Source of the DNA: Flavobacteriales bacterium
Lineage (GTDB): Bacteria; Bacteroidota; Bacteroidia; Flavobacteriales_F; PHOS-HE28
Length of the DNA: 64,000 nt
Direction of reading: 5' to 3'
NCBI GenBank assembly: GCA_046329115.1
Contig: JAXLVG010000010.1
Coordinates: forward strand, 84,482-148,481
Shown one piece after another: positions 19,294 through 28,066 of this stretch (position 1 is its first letter; each line of letters starts with the position of its first letter). The notes under the pieces are model-generated. The model was not told the origin of the DNA. It saw only the letters and a list, made by a program, of their open reading frames with translations, and did not search any database. A program made the position numbers and the translations under genes.

Positions 19294-19297
19294 ATGA
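18990..19297 (+). pseudogene. RelE/ParE family toxin gene disrupted by a frameshift
   Basis: The N-terminal 56 aa (MSWRLEVHEVAESDIASAASWYAQQQPGLESRFIQEVKACCAFILKNPHGPARQVG) are in frame 0, which ends at 19199. The conserved ParE C-terminus (YRQFRLETFPFHVIYLIMDDLVLVMRVYHMSRD) continues in the -1 frame of track ORF 19049..19297. The shift maps to ~19155-19162 (ggccctaccgg). Confidence 0.55.
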
Positions 19298-19425
19298 TCA
19301 TCGAAGCCTTCACGCCCGCCGAACAGGCACCCGCGCTCGTGGAGTCGCCCCTCAACCTGCTGGTGATCTCCTTGTGAGGGACGCGGGGGAGTGGTGCCGG
19401 GGTGATGCTGGGATCGGTGATGTAG
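19294..19425. repeat. direct repeat copy B = degenerate pseudo-copy of the nuoN 3' end
   Basis: Translates to MIIEAFTPAEQAPALVESPLNLLVISL*, versus nuoN ...IREAFSPAEQAPALVVSPLNLLVISLCGIAVVVLGVMPGLVM*. Interrupted by a stop; both copies end ...ggtgatgtag. Confidence 0.8.
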
Positions 19426-19453
19426 CCTTGCCTCGACGGTCATCCCGCAGGGC

Positions 19454-20686
19454 TCAATGCCCCAATTCCCCCTCCCACTTGCTCACCACGCTCGTGGCGA
19501 TGGCGTTACCCACCACGTTGGTGGCGCTGCGGCCCATGTCGCAGAAGTGATCGATCGGCAGGATGAGCGCGAGGCCCTCCACCGGCACACCGAACATGCC
19601 GAGCGTAGCGGCCACCACAACGAGTGATGCGCGCGGCACTCCGGCGATGCCCTTGCTGGTGAGCATGAGCGTGAGCAGCATGGTCACCTGCGTGCCGAAG
19701 TCGAGGGTGATACCGTAGACCTGGGCGATGAAGAGGCTGGCGAAGGTCATGTACATCATGCTGCCGTCCAGGTTGAAGCTGTAGCCCAGGGGCAGCACGA
19801 AGCTCACCACCTTGTCCTTGCAGCCGAAGCGCTCCAGCTCTTCCATGAGCTTGGGCATCACGGCCTCGCTGCTGGTGGTGCTGAAGGCGATGGTGATGGG
19901 CTGCAGGATGCGGCGCATCAGCTCCTTCATGCGCGCGCCGAGGAAGAGGAAGCCCACACCAAGCAGGATGGCCCACAGGATGGCGAGGCCGATGTAGAAC
20001 TGGCCGATGTAGACGGCGTAGGTGCTCAGCACGCCCAGGCCGTGGATGGCGATCACCGCCGCGATGGCGCCGAAGACGCCGAGCGGAGCGAAGTTCATCA
20101 CGTAGCCCACCATCTTCAGGATCACGTGGGCCACGCTCTCCAGCAGGTACACCACGGGCTTCGCGTAGTCGCCGATGCTGGCGCAGGCCACACCGAAGAA
20201 GATGCTGAACACCACGATCTGGAGCACTTCGTTCCGCGCCATGGCCTCCACCATGCTGCTGGGGAACACGTGGGCGATGAAGTCCTTCAAGGTGAACGCC
20301 TTCGTCTTGTCGAGCACATCGGCCACATCACCGCTCGCCTCCAGGTGCAGGCCCACACCGGGCTGCAGCAGGTTCACCAGGAACATGCCCAGGGCTAGCG
20401 ATACCAGGGATGCGGTGATGAACCACAGCAGCGCACGGCCCCCCACACGTCCCACGGTCCTCATGTCGCCCAGCTTGGCGATGCCCACCACCAGCGTGCT
20501 GAACACCAGCGGCGCGATGATCATCTTGACCAGGCGCAGGAAGATGTCCGTGAGCAGTTTGAGGTTGTCGGCCACGCCTTTGCGCGCCACCTCCTCCATG
20601 TTCACGTGCATCACATAGCCCAGCGCGATGCCCAAGGCCATGGCCACTAGGATGTAGAGCGTGAGCCGGTTGGTCTTCGAGAGCAT
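19454..20686 (-). CDS. dicarboxylate/amino acid:cation symporter (DAACS family, GltP/DctA-like)
   Basis: 410 aa, ~8 TM helices plus re-entrant hairpins. Conserved SSEAVMP and NLDG motifs of the sodium:dicarboxylate symporter family. Confidence 0.85.
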   Translation of the reverse strand: MLSKTNRLTLYILVAMALGIALGYVMHVNMEEVARKGVADNLKLLTDIFLRLVKMIIAPLVFSTLVVGIAKLGDMRTVGRVGGRALLWFITASLVSLALGMFLVNLLQPGVGLHLEASGDVADVLDKTKAFTLKDFIAHVFPSSMVEAMARNEVLQIVVFSIFFGVACASIGDYAKPVVYLLESVAHVILKMVGYVMNFAPLGVFGAIAAVIAIHGLGVLSTYAVYIGQFYIGLAILWAILLGVGFLFLGARMKELMRRILQPITIAFSTTSSEAVMPKLMEELERFGCKDKVVSFVLPLGYSFNLDGSMMYMTFASLFIAQVYGITLDFGTQVTMLLTLMLTSKGIAGVPRASLVVVAATLGMFGVPVEGLALILPIDHFCDMGRSATNVVGNAIATSVVSKWEGELGH

Positions 20687-20794
20687 GGCGTGAAAGTAGG
20701 AGGCCTGGAATGAACGCAGGGTCCCTTGCGGAGACCCTGCGTAAGGTGATGATCCACGGCACGCGGAAACACCGGCTGGAAGCCGGTGGCCCCA

Positions 20795-22447
20795 CTAGTC
20801 GCAGGTGCCGGGCGTCACGTCCTTCAGCTCCTTGGTCTTCAGCATCACGTCCGTCACCTGCTTGGTAATGCTCGTACCGGCGTTGAGCGCCACGATCTTC
20901 TCGAAGTAGCACTTCGAACGGGGCAGGTCGCGCGCGTCCTTGCTGTACAGGTAGAAGAGGCCCATGTAGTTCAGTGCCTCCTCCAGATCGGCCTTGTACT
21001 TCTCCTTCTCCTCCGGCTTCATCTTCAGCAGCATCTCGTCGTAGAAGGGCTTCGCCACGAAGGTCTTCGTCTCGGTGCTGTCCATGCCGTTCTGGGCGCG
21101 GGCCCGGAACTTGTAGCCTTGATAGGCGTTCGGGTTGCGCTCGATGTAGGTGGCCCAGGCGCTGTCGGCGGTCATCCAGCGTTTGCCCTTGTTGGCAGCA
21201 TCGCCCAGGTAGTAGTAGTCGTTGGTCTCGGGCTTGCCGGCCGCGATCTTCTCTTTCATCGCCGCAACGGCCTGGTCGTACCGCTTCGCCTTGCTGAACG
21301 CCTTGCTCGCCTCCACGAAGAGGTAATCCTTGGTGCGGTCCATGCGGGCACCCTTCAGCATGCTCTCGCCGGCCAGCGAATCGTTTCCGAGGGCGGCCAG
21401 CGCCTTGCCGTAGTACTCATGGTCGGTGGCCACGTGCTTGTCCGCCGGCTGCTCGCTGAAGTAGGCATCGAGCGTGGCCTTTCCGGCCGTAGCGTCCTTC
21501 ATCTCCACCTGGTCGTAGCCCTTCAGGCGCTTCAGCACGATGTTCTTCACGCCCTCCCCTTCGAGCGCGCTGATCTCGTTGAGGCTCTCCTGGTACTTGC
21601 CGGTGAGGAAGAGGAACTGGGCGTTGCGGATGCGCGCGCTCTGGTTGCCCTTGTTCAGCTCCAGGTACTTGTTCATGTCAGCTGTGGCCTTGTCGAAGTC
21701 ACGCTTCTTGAACCAGGCCTCGGCACGACCACGGTAGGCGGGCGCGAACGCTGCATCCACGGCGATGGCATTGTCGTACTCGCTGATGGCCGCATCCAGG
21801 TTGTTGGCGCGGTAGTACATGAAAGCCTTGCGCGTCACCGGCTTCGGGTTCAGCGCGTCCATGTTGATGGCGGTCTTGTAGTTCTCCAGCGGTGCCGAGC
21901 CATCGCGCGGGTTCTGGTCGAACAGCACATCGCCCTTGAGCACATAGGTCTCCGGGTTCTTGGGGTCCATCTCCAGCGCTTTGGCGATGAACTCCTGCGC
22001 CTTGATCAGGTCCTTGCTGTTGCCCTGGGCGATGGCCTCGGCCACCTCGCGATAGGTGTTGCCCTGGAGGGGCTTGGGGAACTTGTTGGCCTTGTCGCAG
22101 GCGGTGGAGACCGCCTCGGTGAACAGGGCCTGCGCATCGGCGGTGCGGCCCTGCGACCACAGCACCTTGCCGAGGCCCACCTTGTTCAGCGGATACTTCG
22201 GGTTGGCGCCCACACCCATGCGGTAGCAGGCCTCGGCACTGTCGGCCCGTTCGTTCTCCCAATAGCTCTCGCCGAAGTAGAACCAGGCCTCCGCGTTCTG
22301 CGGCTCGGCCGTCACCAGCTTGCGGAACGCACCGGTGGCCTTCTCGAACTGTTCCTTGTCCGTCAGCTTGATCGCATCGCCCAGGGTCTGGGCCGTAGCG
22401 CCAGCAGCCGTGACCAGCACGGCCACCGTCATCAGCAACTTCTTCAT
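20795..22447 (-). CDS. tetratricopeptide repeat (TPR) protein, secreted
   Basis: The track ORF starts with TTG at 22462; the first ATG is at 22447 (MKKLLMTVAVLVTAAGATAQ, signal peptide). Multiple TPR-like AEAWF/YxxA repeats. Final gene of the exbB-exbD-tonB cluster, as in other Bacteroidota. Confidence 0.7.
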   Translation of the reverse strand: MKKLLMTVAVLVTAAGATAQTLGDAIKLTDKEQFEKATGAFRKLVTAEPQNAEAWFYFGESYWENERADSAEACYRMGVGANPKYPLNKVGLGKVLWSQGRTADAQALFTEAVSTACDKANKFPKPLQGNTYREVAEAIAQGNSKDLIKAQEFIAKALEMDPKNPETYVLKGDVLFDQNPRDGSAPLENYKTAINMDALNPKPVTRKAFMYYRANNLDAAISEYDNAIAVDAAFAPAYRGRAEAWFKKRDFDKATADMNKYLELNKGNQSARIRNAQFLFLTGKYQESLNEISALEGEGVKNIVLKRLKGYDQVEMKDATAGKATLDAYFSEQPADKHVATDHEYYGKALAALGNDSLAGESMLKGARMDRTKDYLFVEASKAFSKAKRYDQAVAAMKEKIAAGKPETNDYYYLGDAANKGKRWMTADSAWATYIERNPNAYQGYKFRARAQNGMDSTETKTFVAKPFYDEMLLKMKPEEKEKYKADLEEALNYMGLFYLYSKDARDLPRSKCYFEKIVALNAGTSITKQVTDVMLKTKELKDVTPGTCD

Positions 22448-22462
22448 CGTCAGAGGGTTCAA

Positions 22463-23416
22463 CTAGGGTGCAACGACCTGGATCTCGCGGGGGGGCACCT
22501 TGTTCGGTGCGATGCCGTGCTTCAGGATGATGCGTTGTCCTTTATGGTTCGCCACAAAGGAAACAAACCCGGTGCCAAGACCGCTTTTGCCCTCGGCCAG
22601 CACCATGTACACGGGTCGCCGGAGCGGGTAGGAACCGTCGGCCAGTGTGCTTTGCGAGGGCATCACCGCAGGGGAGGCTGCATCGCGGGCCACGGGGAGG
22701 ATCCGCACCTGCTGCCGCAGGGGCAGCACGGCCGGATCATCCAGGTCGCTGATGGCCGAGAACGGAATGAGCCCGATGGCGTGGGGGTCGCGCGCCACCA
22801 AGGCCACCACCGAGTCCACCGAGGCGCCGGCCTGGGCGCGCAGGATGTTGGCACCGGCCAGCAAACTGTCCACCAGCGATCGCGCCACCCCGCTGCCCCG
22901 GCCCGCCACCACCGCGGTAGGCAGGGCGTGGGTGGGCATGGCCGGATCGCAGACACCCCAGCCGGATGACTTGTCGTGCTCCTGGGAGAGCAGCTCCCGC
23001 AGCTCCTGCAGCGTGGGCGGCCGCAGTGCACAACCTGCGTTCACCACCACGGCGATCGCGTCCATGGCGATGGGCACCACGTGCGCCTTCACGTTCCGCT
23101 CAGCGTAGTAGGCCTCCTGCTCCCCTCCCGGCCGCACCGTGGCGATGTAGCATCGCACGCTGTCGTTCCGCACGGACTTGAGCAGCTCGGCCTCTGGCAG
23201 GTAGCGCACATGCAGATGCGCCTTCGAGTAGAGCGCCTCGAACATGGTGCGCTCCGCTTCCACCAGCGCACGCAGATCCTCATCCGCCAGGATCAGCACC
23301 TCGCCACTGGTGGGCGTGTCGTCGGTCCAGGGGTCCTTGGGCGTAGAGCATCCCCAAAGGACAAAGGCCGCAGCTGCGGCCATGCCCGGGAAAAGAAGCT
23401 GTGCGAGGCGTTGCAC
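22463..23416 (-). CDS. PstS-like periplasmic substrate-binding lipoprotein (PBP superfamily)
   Basis: GTG start at 23416 (ATG alternative at 23383). Lipobox FVLWGCS, PBP type-2 fold. This is the conserved position downstream of tonB in Bacteroidota exbBD-tonB clusters. Confidence 0.65.
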   Translation of the reverse strand: MQRLAQLLFPGMAAAAAFVLWGCSTPKDPWTDDTPTSGEVLILADEDLRALVEAERTMFEALYSKAHLHVRYLPEAELLKSVRNDSVRCYIATVRPGGEQEAYYAERNVKAHVVPIAMDAIAVVVNAGCALRPPTLQELRELLSQEHDKSSGWGVCDPAMPTHALPTAVVAGRGSGVARSLVDSLLAGANILRAQAGASVDSVVALVARDPHAIGLIPFSAISDLDDPAVLPLRQQVRILPVARDAASPAVMPSQSTLADGSYPLRRPVYMVLAEGKSGLGTGFVSFVANHKGQRIILKHGIAPNKVPPREIQVVAP

Positions 23417-23601
23417 TAGGTGTTGGCGTCATCGGCGTACTTACGGCGCCAGAGGTAGGCCCGCACCACGCCATAGCCCACCAGCAGCAGGCCGAGGGGG
23501 GCGCGGAAGCGGGGGATCACCTCGCCGAACGCGTCGGTGAAGAGGAAGGCGGCACCGACCCCCACATAGAACGCGCACATGAACAGCCCGAAGTACTTCA
23601 C
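23416..23601 (-). CDS. small hydrophobic protein (hypothetical)
   Basis: 61 aa: one TM helix then a basic tail (MKYFGLFMCAFYVGVGAAFLFT...WRRKYADDANT). GTG start, with an ATG at 23580. Tightly packed between tonB and the PstS-like gene. Confidence 0.3.
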   Translation of the reverse strand: MKYFGLFMCAFYVGVGAAFLFTDAFGEVIPRFRAPLGLLLVGYGVVRAYLWRRKYADDANT

Positions 23602-23610
23602 GGCGCGAAG

Positions 23611-24477
23611 CTACTTGGTGCGGAACTCGATGGGGAGCACGAGCACGCAGGCCACCCGCTTGCCCTTCCGCACGGCGGGCTTCCACTTGGGCATGCCGGA
23701 CACCACGCGTTCCGCAGCGGCACCGTGCGCCTTGCTGGCCCGGCCCTTGGCCTTCACCTGCACAACGGTGCCGTCCGCATCCACCACGAACTGGACGAAC
23801 TCCTTCTGCGCACCGGGGTCGTCCTCCGGGAACCGGATGTGGTCCTGCACGTAGCGCACCATGGCGCCATAGCCACCGATGAACTCGGGCATGGAGTCCA
23901 CATCGGCCGCGGAGGCCGGGTTTGTGCTGGTGCCCAGGTCGGAACCGAAGGGCGATCCGCCCGTCCCCGGGTCACCACCCGGATCGGTGGGTCCTCCGGA
24001 AGGGCCGGTGACCGCCGGGCCGGGGTCCGGCTGTGGAGCGGGGCCGGGATCCGTCGGGAGGCTGTCCACCACCAGGGGAATGGCCGCCGGCGAGGGCTGA
24101 GGAGCCGGTGCGGGTGATGGCGGTGCTGGAGCGGTGGCTTTCACCGGAGCGGCCTTGGGCAGTTCGATCGGCGGCACCTCCACTTCCACCACGATCTCAC
24201 CCCTCGTCCGTTCGACCGCCGCGCTGACATGCCCGAACAAGCGCACCCAGGCCGTGGGCACCAGTACGGCAGAGCCCAGCAGGGCCATGGCGCCAACGAA
24301 CGCGAAGAGGAAGCGCCGGTCATACTCCCGGCGCAGCACAAAGGCCCCATAGGAGCGGTTGCGCCCTTCGAAAACCAGGTCGTTGCGACCGCGCATGGTG
24401 ACATTGTCCCATGCTCGATCGCCACTGAGGAGGAGGCACACGAGGGTGAACGCGAGCAGCACGAACAGGGTGATCAT
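23611..24477 (-). CDS. tonB: energy transducer TonB (copy 1)
   Basis: 288 aa: N-terminal TM anchor, Pro-rich linker (PAPPSPAPAPQPSPAA...) and a C-terminal TonB domain. Confidence 0.8.
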   Translation of the reverse strand: MITLFVLLAFTLVCLLLSGDRAWDNVTMRGRNDLVFEGRNRSYGAFVLRREYDRRFLFAFVGAMALLGSAVLVPTAWVRLFGHVSAAVERTRGEIVVEVEVPPIELPKAAPVKATAPAPPSPAPAPQPSPAAIPLVVDSLPTDPGPAPQPDPGPAVTGPSGGPTDPGGDPGTGGSPFGSDLGTSTNPASAADVDSMPEFIGGYGAMVRYVQDHIRFPEDDPGAQKEFVQFVVDADGTVVQVKAKGRASKAHGAAAERVVSGMPKWKPAVRKGKRVACVLVLPIEFRTK

Positions 24478-24592
24478 GGCAACTTGGGTTTAAGCGTGAA
24501 GCGTAGCGGTGTCCCCATCGAGCAGTACAACCGTGGTGCGTCCGGGTTCATTGCCGGGGCGGGCGGCGGACACCAGCAACGGTGCGCACGGT

Positions 24593-25078
24593 TCAAGGAA
24601 CGGCCGTTGGGGCCATCCCCGCCACGGCGTTCTGTTCGGCCTGGGACCAGCCCTCCTGCACCGCACGGCGCCGCAGTCCGTGCCGTTCCAGCAGGTCCAC
24701 CATGCGCACCAGGTCCTGATAGCGGGTGCGGTCAAGCGGCTTCACCACCACCTGCAGATCGGTGGTATCCGGTATGGCCTTCAAGGCCGCGTTCACCTGA
24801 TCGCGGCCCAGCCGCTTGGGCGGGGTGGTCACTGGATCGAAAGGTCCTGCGTAGCCGAAGATGGAATCGCGCCCGGCCAGCAGGAAGGTGAGCGAACGGT
24901 GCTCCATGCCCGGACCGGCGCCGAGCGGCACCAGCAGGTCGAGCCCCTCCAGGCGCCGCAAGCTGGTGGTGAGCACGAAGAAGGTGAGCAGCAGGAAGGC
25001 CAGGTCCACCATCGGCGTCATGTCGATGCGGATCGCGGGCGCACGGCCCGGAGCGGGATGAACAGGAAGGTCGGCCAT
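24593..25078 (-). CDS. exbD: biopolymer transporter ExbD/TolR (copy paired with TonB copy 1)
   Basis: ORF 24593..25297. Start MADLPVHPAPGRAPAIRIDMTPMVDLAFLLLTFFVL at 25078. The TM segment is almost identical to that of the ExbD at 27320..27952. Confidence 0.8.
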   Translation of the reverse strand: MADLPVHPAPGRAPAIRIDMTPMVDLAFLLLTFFVLTTSLRRLEGLDLLVPLGAGPGMEHRSLTFLLAGRDSIFGYAGPFDPVTTPPKRLGRDQVNAALKAIPDTTDLQVVVKPLDRTRYQDLVRMVDLLERHGLRRRAVQEGWSQAEQNAVAGMAPTAVP

Positions 25079-25302
25079 CGGTGTTCGTACGGGTGATGCG
25101 AGGAGAACCGCCTGCTCCACTGGATCCGTATGCGGCGTTGCGCCACGTGCACGAGGTCCGCTACAGGTCCAACGGACCAGCGCATGCATCGGACCCAGGT
25201 CGTCAACCATCCTTCCCACTTCATCCACCGCCAGTTGCCCAGTAGGTCCGGCTCCATGAACCTTGTCCTTTGAACGGTGTTCTACCGACATACCCATTCT
25301 GC

Positions 25303-26163
25303 ATGCTCAAGCGCCGAACCCTGCAAATACTCTCCATTCCAGCCGCGATCGTGCTCACGGCGGGGGTCATGAGCGACGATGGCAAAGCCGGCCGGACCGG
25401 CTCACCGGGCGAGCTTACCTGCATCGAATGCCACGATGACTTCACGCAGAACTCGGGCGGTGGGTCCATCGCTCTTTCCTCCACGAACATGACCGGGTGG
25501 GAGTACGTGCCGGGCACGACCTACCACATGACCGCGACCGTCAGCCGCGCTGGCAACGCGCTCTTCGGTCTGGGCTTGGAAGCGCTGAACAGTACGAACG
25601 GAAATGCCGGCACCCTGGTGATCACCAACACCGCTTCCACGCAGATCAAGAACGCTGTGGTGAACGGGGTATCACGCCGGAACGTGGTGCACACACTGGA
25701 CGGCGGTGTCGGCACGGGATCGAAGGCCTTCCAGTTCGATTGGAACGCACCCTCGAGCAACATTGGCAACGTGACGTTCTACTATGCCGGTGTGGCCGCG
25801 AACGGCGATGGCAACGAGGAGGTCGGGGACCATGTGTACACCGGCAGCCAGGTGGTGACCCCCGCCGTGAACACGGGCCTGGAAGAGGTTGCGCTCGATG
25901 CCGTGATGCGCATGGAGCCGAACCCGGTGACGGACCGCTTGACCCTCAGCTATGGGCTGATCAGCCCGGACCATGTGACCGTGGACCTGTACGCCATGAA
26001 CGGCGCGCTGGTGCGGGGTCTGGTGAACGCCGAACGCGGGTACGGTCGTCATGTGGAAACGATCACCGGCCTGTCCGATCTGCAAGCTGGCGTATACATG
26101 CTGCGCACCGCCATCGGCAGCAAGGTGAAGGTGACGCGTATTGTGATCGAGCCGATGCACTAG
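25303..26163 (+). CDS. T9SS C-terminal-domain cargo protein with a CXXCH motif (function unknown)
   Basis: The track ORF starts with TTG at 25270; the ATG is at 25303 (MLKRRTLQILSIPAAIVLTAG signal peptide). TCIECHDD is a single c-type heme-binding-like CXXCH motif. C-terminal ~75 aa (MEPNPVTDRLTLSYGL...LQAGVYMLRTAIGSKVKVTRIV) match the T9SS CTD. Lower GC than its neighbours. Confidence 0.65.
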   Translation: MLKRRTLQILSIPAAIVLTAGVMSDDGKAGRTGSPGELTCIECHDDFTQNSGGGSIALSSTNMTGWEYVPGTTYHMTATVSRAGNALFGLGLEALNSTNGNAGTLVITNTASTQIKNAVVNGVSRRNVVHTLDGGVGTGSKAFQFDWNAPSSNIGNVTFYYAGVAANGDGNEEVGDHVYTGSQVVTPAVNTGLEEVALDAVMRMEPNPVTDRLTLSYGLISPDHVTVDLYAMNGALVRGLVNAERGYGRHVETITGLSDLQAGVYMLRTAIGSKVKVTRIVIEPMH

Positions 26164-26442
26164 GCGCGACCGAGGTCATTACGATGTGTGTTGGTAGGGG
26201 CTGCTTCCTTCGGGAGGTGGCTCCTTCCATGTTGAGCGGGGACAAGCGGGCTGCGGAAGTGTGCTCACCGCATTCGCCGTGGAAGCCGGGCACGCGCTCA
26301 ACCGGGACGATCGCATGTGCGCCACTTCAGCATCGCACACGATGGCCCGCGCGTGAACGCCGAACGCAGTGCTCAGCCCAGGACAGGCTTGTAACGAACG
26401 AGGCCCGCATGTGCGGGCCTCGTAGGAGATCATGGGGTCGGT

Positions 26443-27282
26443 TCACTTCAGCTTGAACACCACCGGCAGGTTGAAGCGGCACTTCACGGGCTTGCCCCCC
26501 ATTTTGCCGGGGCTCCACTTGGGCATGCTCTTCACCAGGCGCAGGGCTTCCTTGTCCAGGCCATCGCTCACGCTGCGGAGCACCTTGGCCTCCTCGATGG
26601 AGCCGTCCTTCGCTACGGTGAACTGCACGTACACCTTGCCCTGGATGCCGGCCTCGTACTCCATGTCGGGGTACTTCTGGGTGCGCTGCATGAACTCGTA
26701 CATCTTCTCCATGCCACCGGGGAACTCGGGCTGCTCCTGAACGGCGGCGAGGTCGAAGGTCTCCTCCTCCACCGGGGGCGGGGGCGGGGGCGCATCGATG
26801 TTCTGGCCCTCCTGCGTGGTGGTACTGGCCGTGGTCTCCTGCAGTTCGTTCTGGGTGGGGGGCGGCTCCTCCACGGGCTCGTCCGCAGCCTCCACGGCCA
26901 CGAACTGCACGGTCTCGATCTGGGGCTGCGGCGGCGGGATCACCTCGGGGGGCGGGGGCGGTTCCTCGGGCTGCTCCTCGAAGAGCTCGAGGTTCACGTC
27001 CACGATCTTCTTCTTCTTCTCCTCCTCCACCTCGCCCGAGCCGAGCTTGTTGAGCACATAGGGCGTGCCCACGGCCACGATCATGAAGCCGACGGCACAG
27101 GCCAGCGCCAGACCGAGCCGCTTGTTGTAGTCGCGGCGCAGGACGAAGGCACCGTATGCCTTGTTGTGGTTGGCGAAGACCACGTCGTTGCGCACGGCCT
27201 GCAACACGTTCATCCAACTGTTGTCCATGGTGAGCAGGATGCTCAGCACAAGGAGAACGACGATGGCGATCAAAGCGACCAT
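26443..27282 (-). CDS. tonB: energy transducer TonB (copy 2)
   Basis: 279 aa. The N-terminus parallels copy 1 (MVALIAIVVLLVLSILLTMDNSWMNVLQAVRNDVVFANHNKAYGAFVLRR). Glu/Pro-rich linker and a TonB C-terminal domain. Confidence 0.8.
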   Translation of the reverse strand: MVALIAIVVLLVLSILLTMDNSWMNVLQAVRNDVVFANHNKAYGAFVLRRDYNKRLGLALACAVGFMIVAVGTPYVLNKLGSGEVEEEKKKKIVDVNLELFEEQPEEPPPPPEVIPPPQPQIETVQFVAVEAADEPVEEPPPTQNELQETTASTTTQEGQNIDAPPPPPPVEEETFDLAAVQEQPEFPGGMEKMYEFMQRTQKYPDMEYEAGIQGKVYVQFTVAKDGSIEEAKVLRSVSDGLDKEALRLVKSMPKWSPGKMGGKPVKCRFNLPVVFKLK

Positions 27283-27319
27283 GGGGCTGTGCGCCGAAGC
27301 CCGGCGCAGGCGTTTCGGT

Positions 27320-27952
27320 TCAGAACTTGGCTTTCTCGATGTCGATCAGGGCCTGCTCGTCGGGCTTGATGGTATCCTGCACGGCGTATTTGCCGATGCC
27401 CGTGATGTCCATCTCGTCCACGATGTCGATCATGTTCCGGTAGCGCGCGTCCTTCTCGGGCTTGATGATCACGTACAGGGCCTCCTTCTTCTTCTGCGCC
27501 TCGTTCTTCAGGCTGTCGAACACCTCCTCGGTGATCTTCTTCTCGTTGAACTGGCGGGCCAGATCATTGATCCGGTCGAAGGTGCTCTTGTTCATCTCCA
27601 CGAGCATCTTGCGCACGTCCTTGAAGTTGGTCACGCTCATCTGGGTCTCCCCGGGCTTGAAGGCATCCTTGTAGTACACGATGCGATCGGCCTTGGTGAG
27701 GAACAGGGTGAGCGCGTTGTTCACCTTGTCGAGCTCCTTGGGCTGGTCCTCCTCCGGCGGCACCGGGAAGGTGAGCTGCAGGGTGCTCGGCTTGTACATC
27801 GTGGTGGTAAGGATGAAGAACGTGAGCAGCAGGAAGGCCAGGTCCACCATCGGCGTCATGTCGATGCGCGTGCTGCCCTTCTTGGCGCGTTTCTTCTGGT
27901 GTCGTCCCCCGCCTGGGGCTCCTCCACCGTCTCCTCCTGGTGCTTCTGCCAT
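27320..27952 (-). CDS. exbD: biopolymer transporter ExbD/TolR
   Basis: 210 aa, RIDMTPMVDLAFLLLTFFIL TM segment with an extended C-terminal periplasmic domain. Confidence 0.8.
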   Translation of the reverse strand: MAEAPGGDGGGAPGGGRHQKKRAKKGSTRIDMTPMVDLAFLLLTFFILTTTMYKPSTLQLTFPVPPEEDQPKELDKVNNALTLFLTKADRIVYYKDAFKPGETQMSVTNFKDVRKMLVEMNKSTFDRINDLARQFNEKKITEEVFDSLKNEAQKKKEALYVIIKPEKDARYRNMIDIVDEMDITGIGKYAVQDTIKPDEQALIDIEKAKF

Positions 27953-28066
27953 GGTCGTCAGCGGCCTGCGCCGCCGGGTCCGTTAGGTTGGTCCGTTGAT
28001 CCGATCAGGTCTTCCACCCGGTTCCCAAGACGCTGTACACGCCAGCGGGATCCGGGTTCAAAGGGT

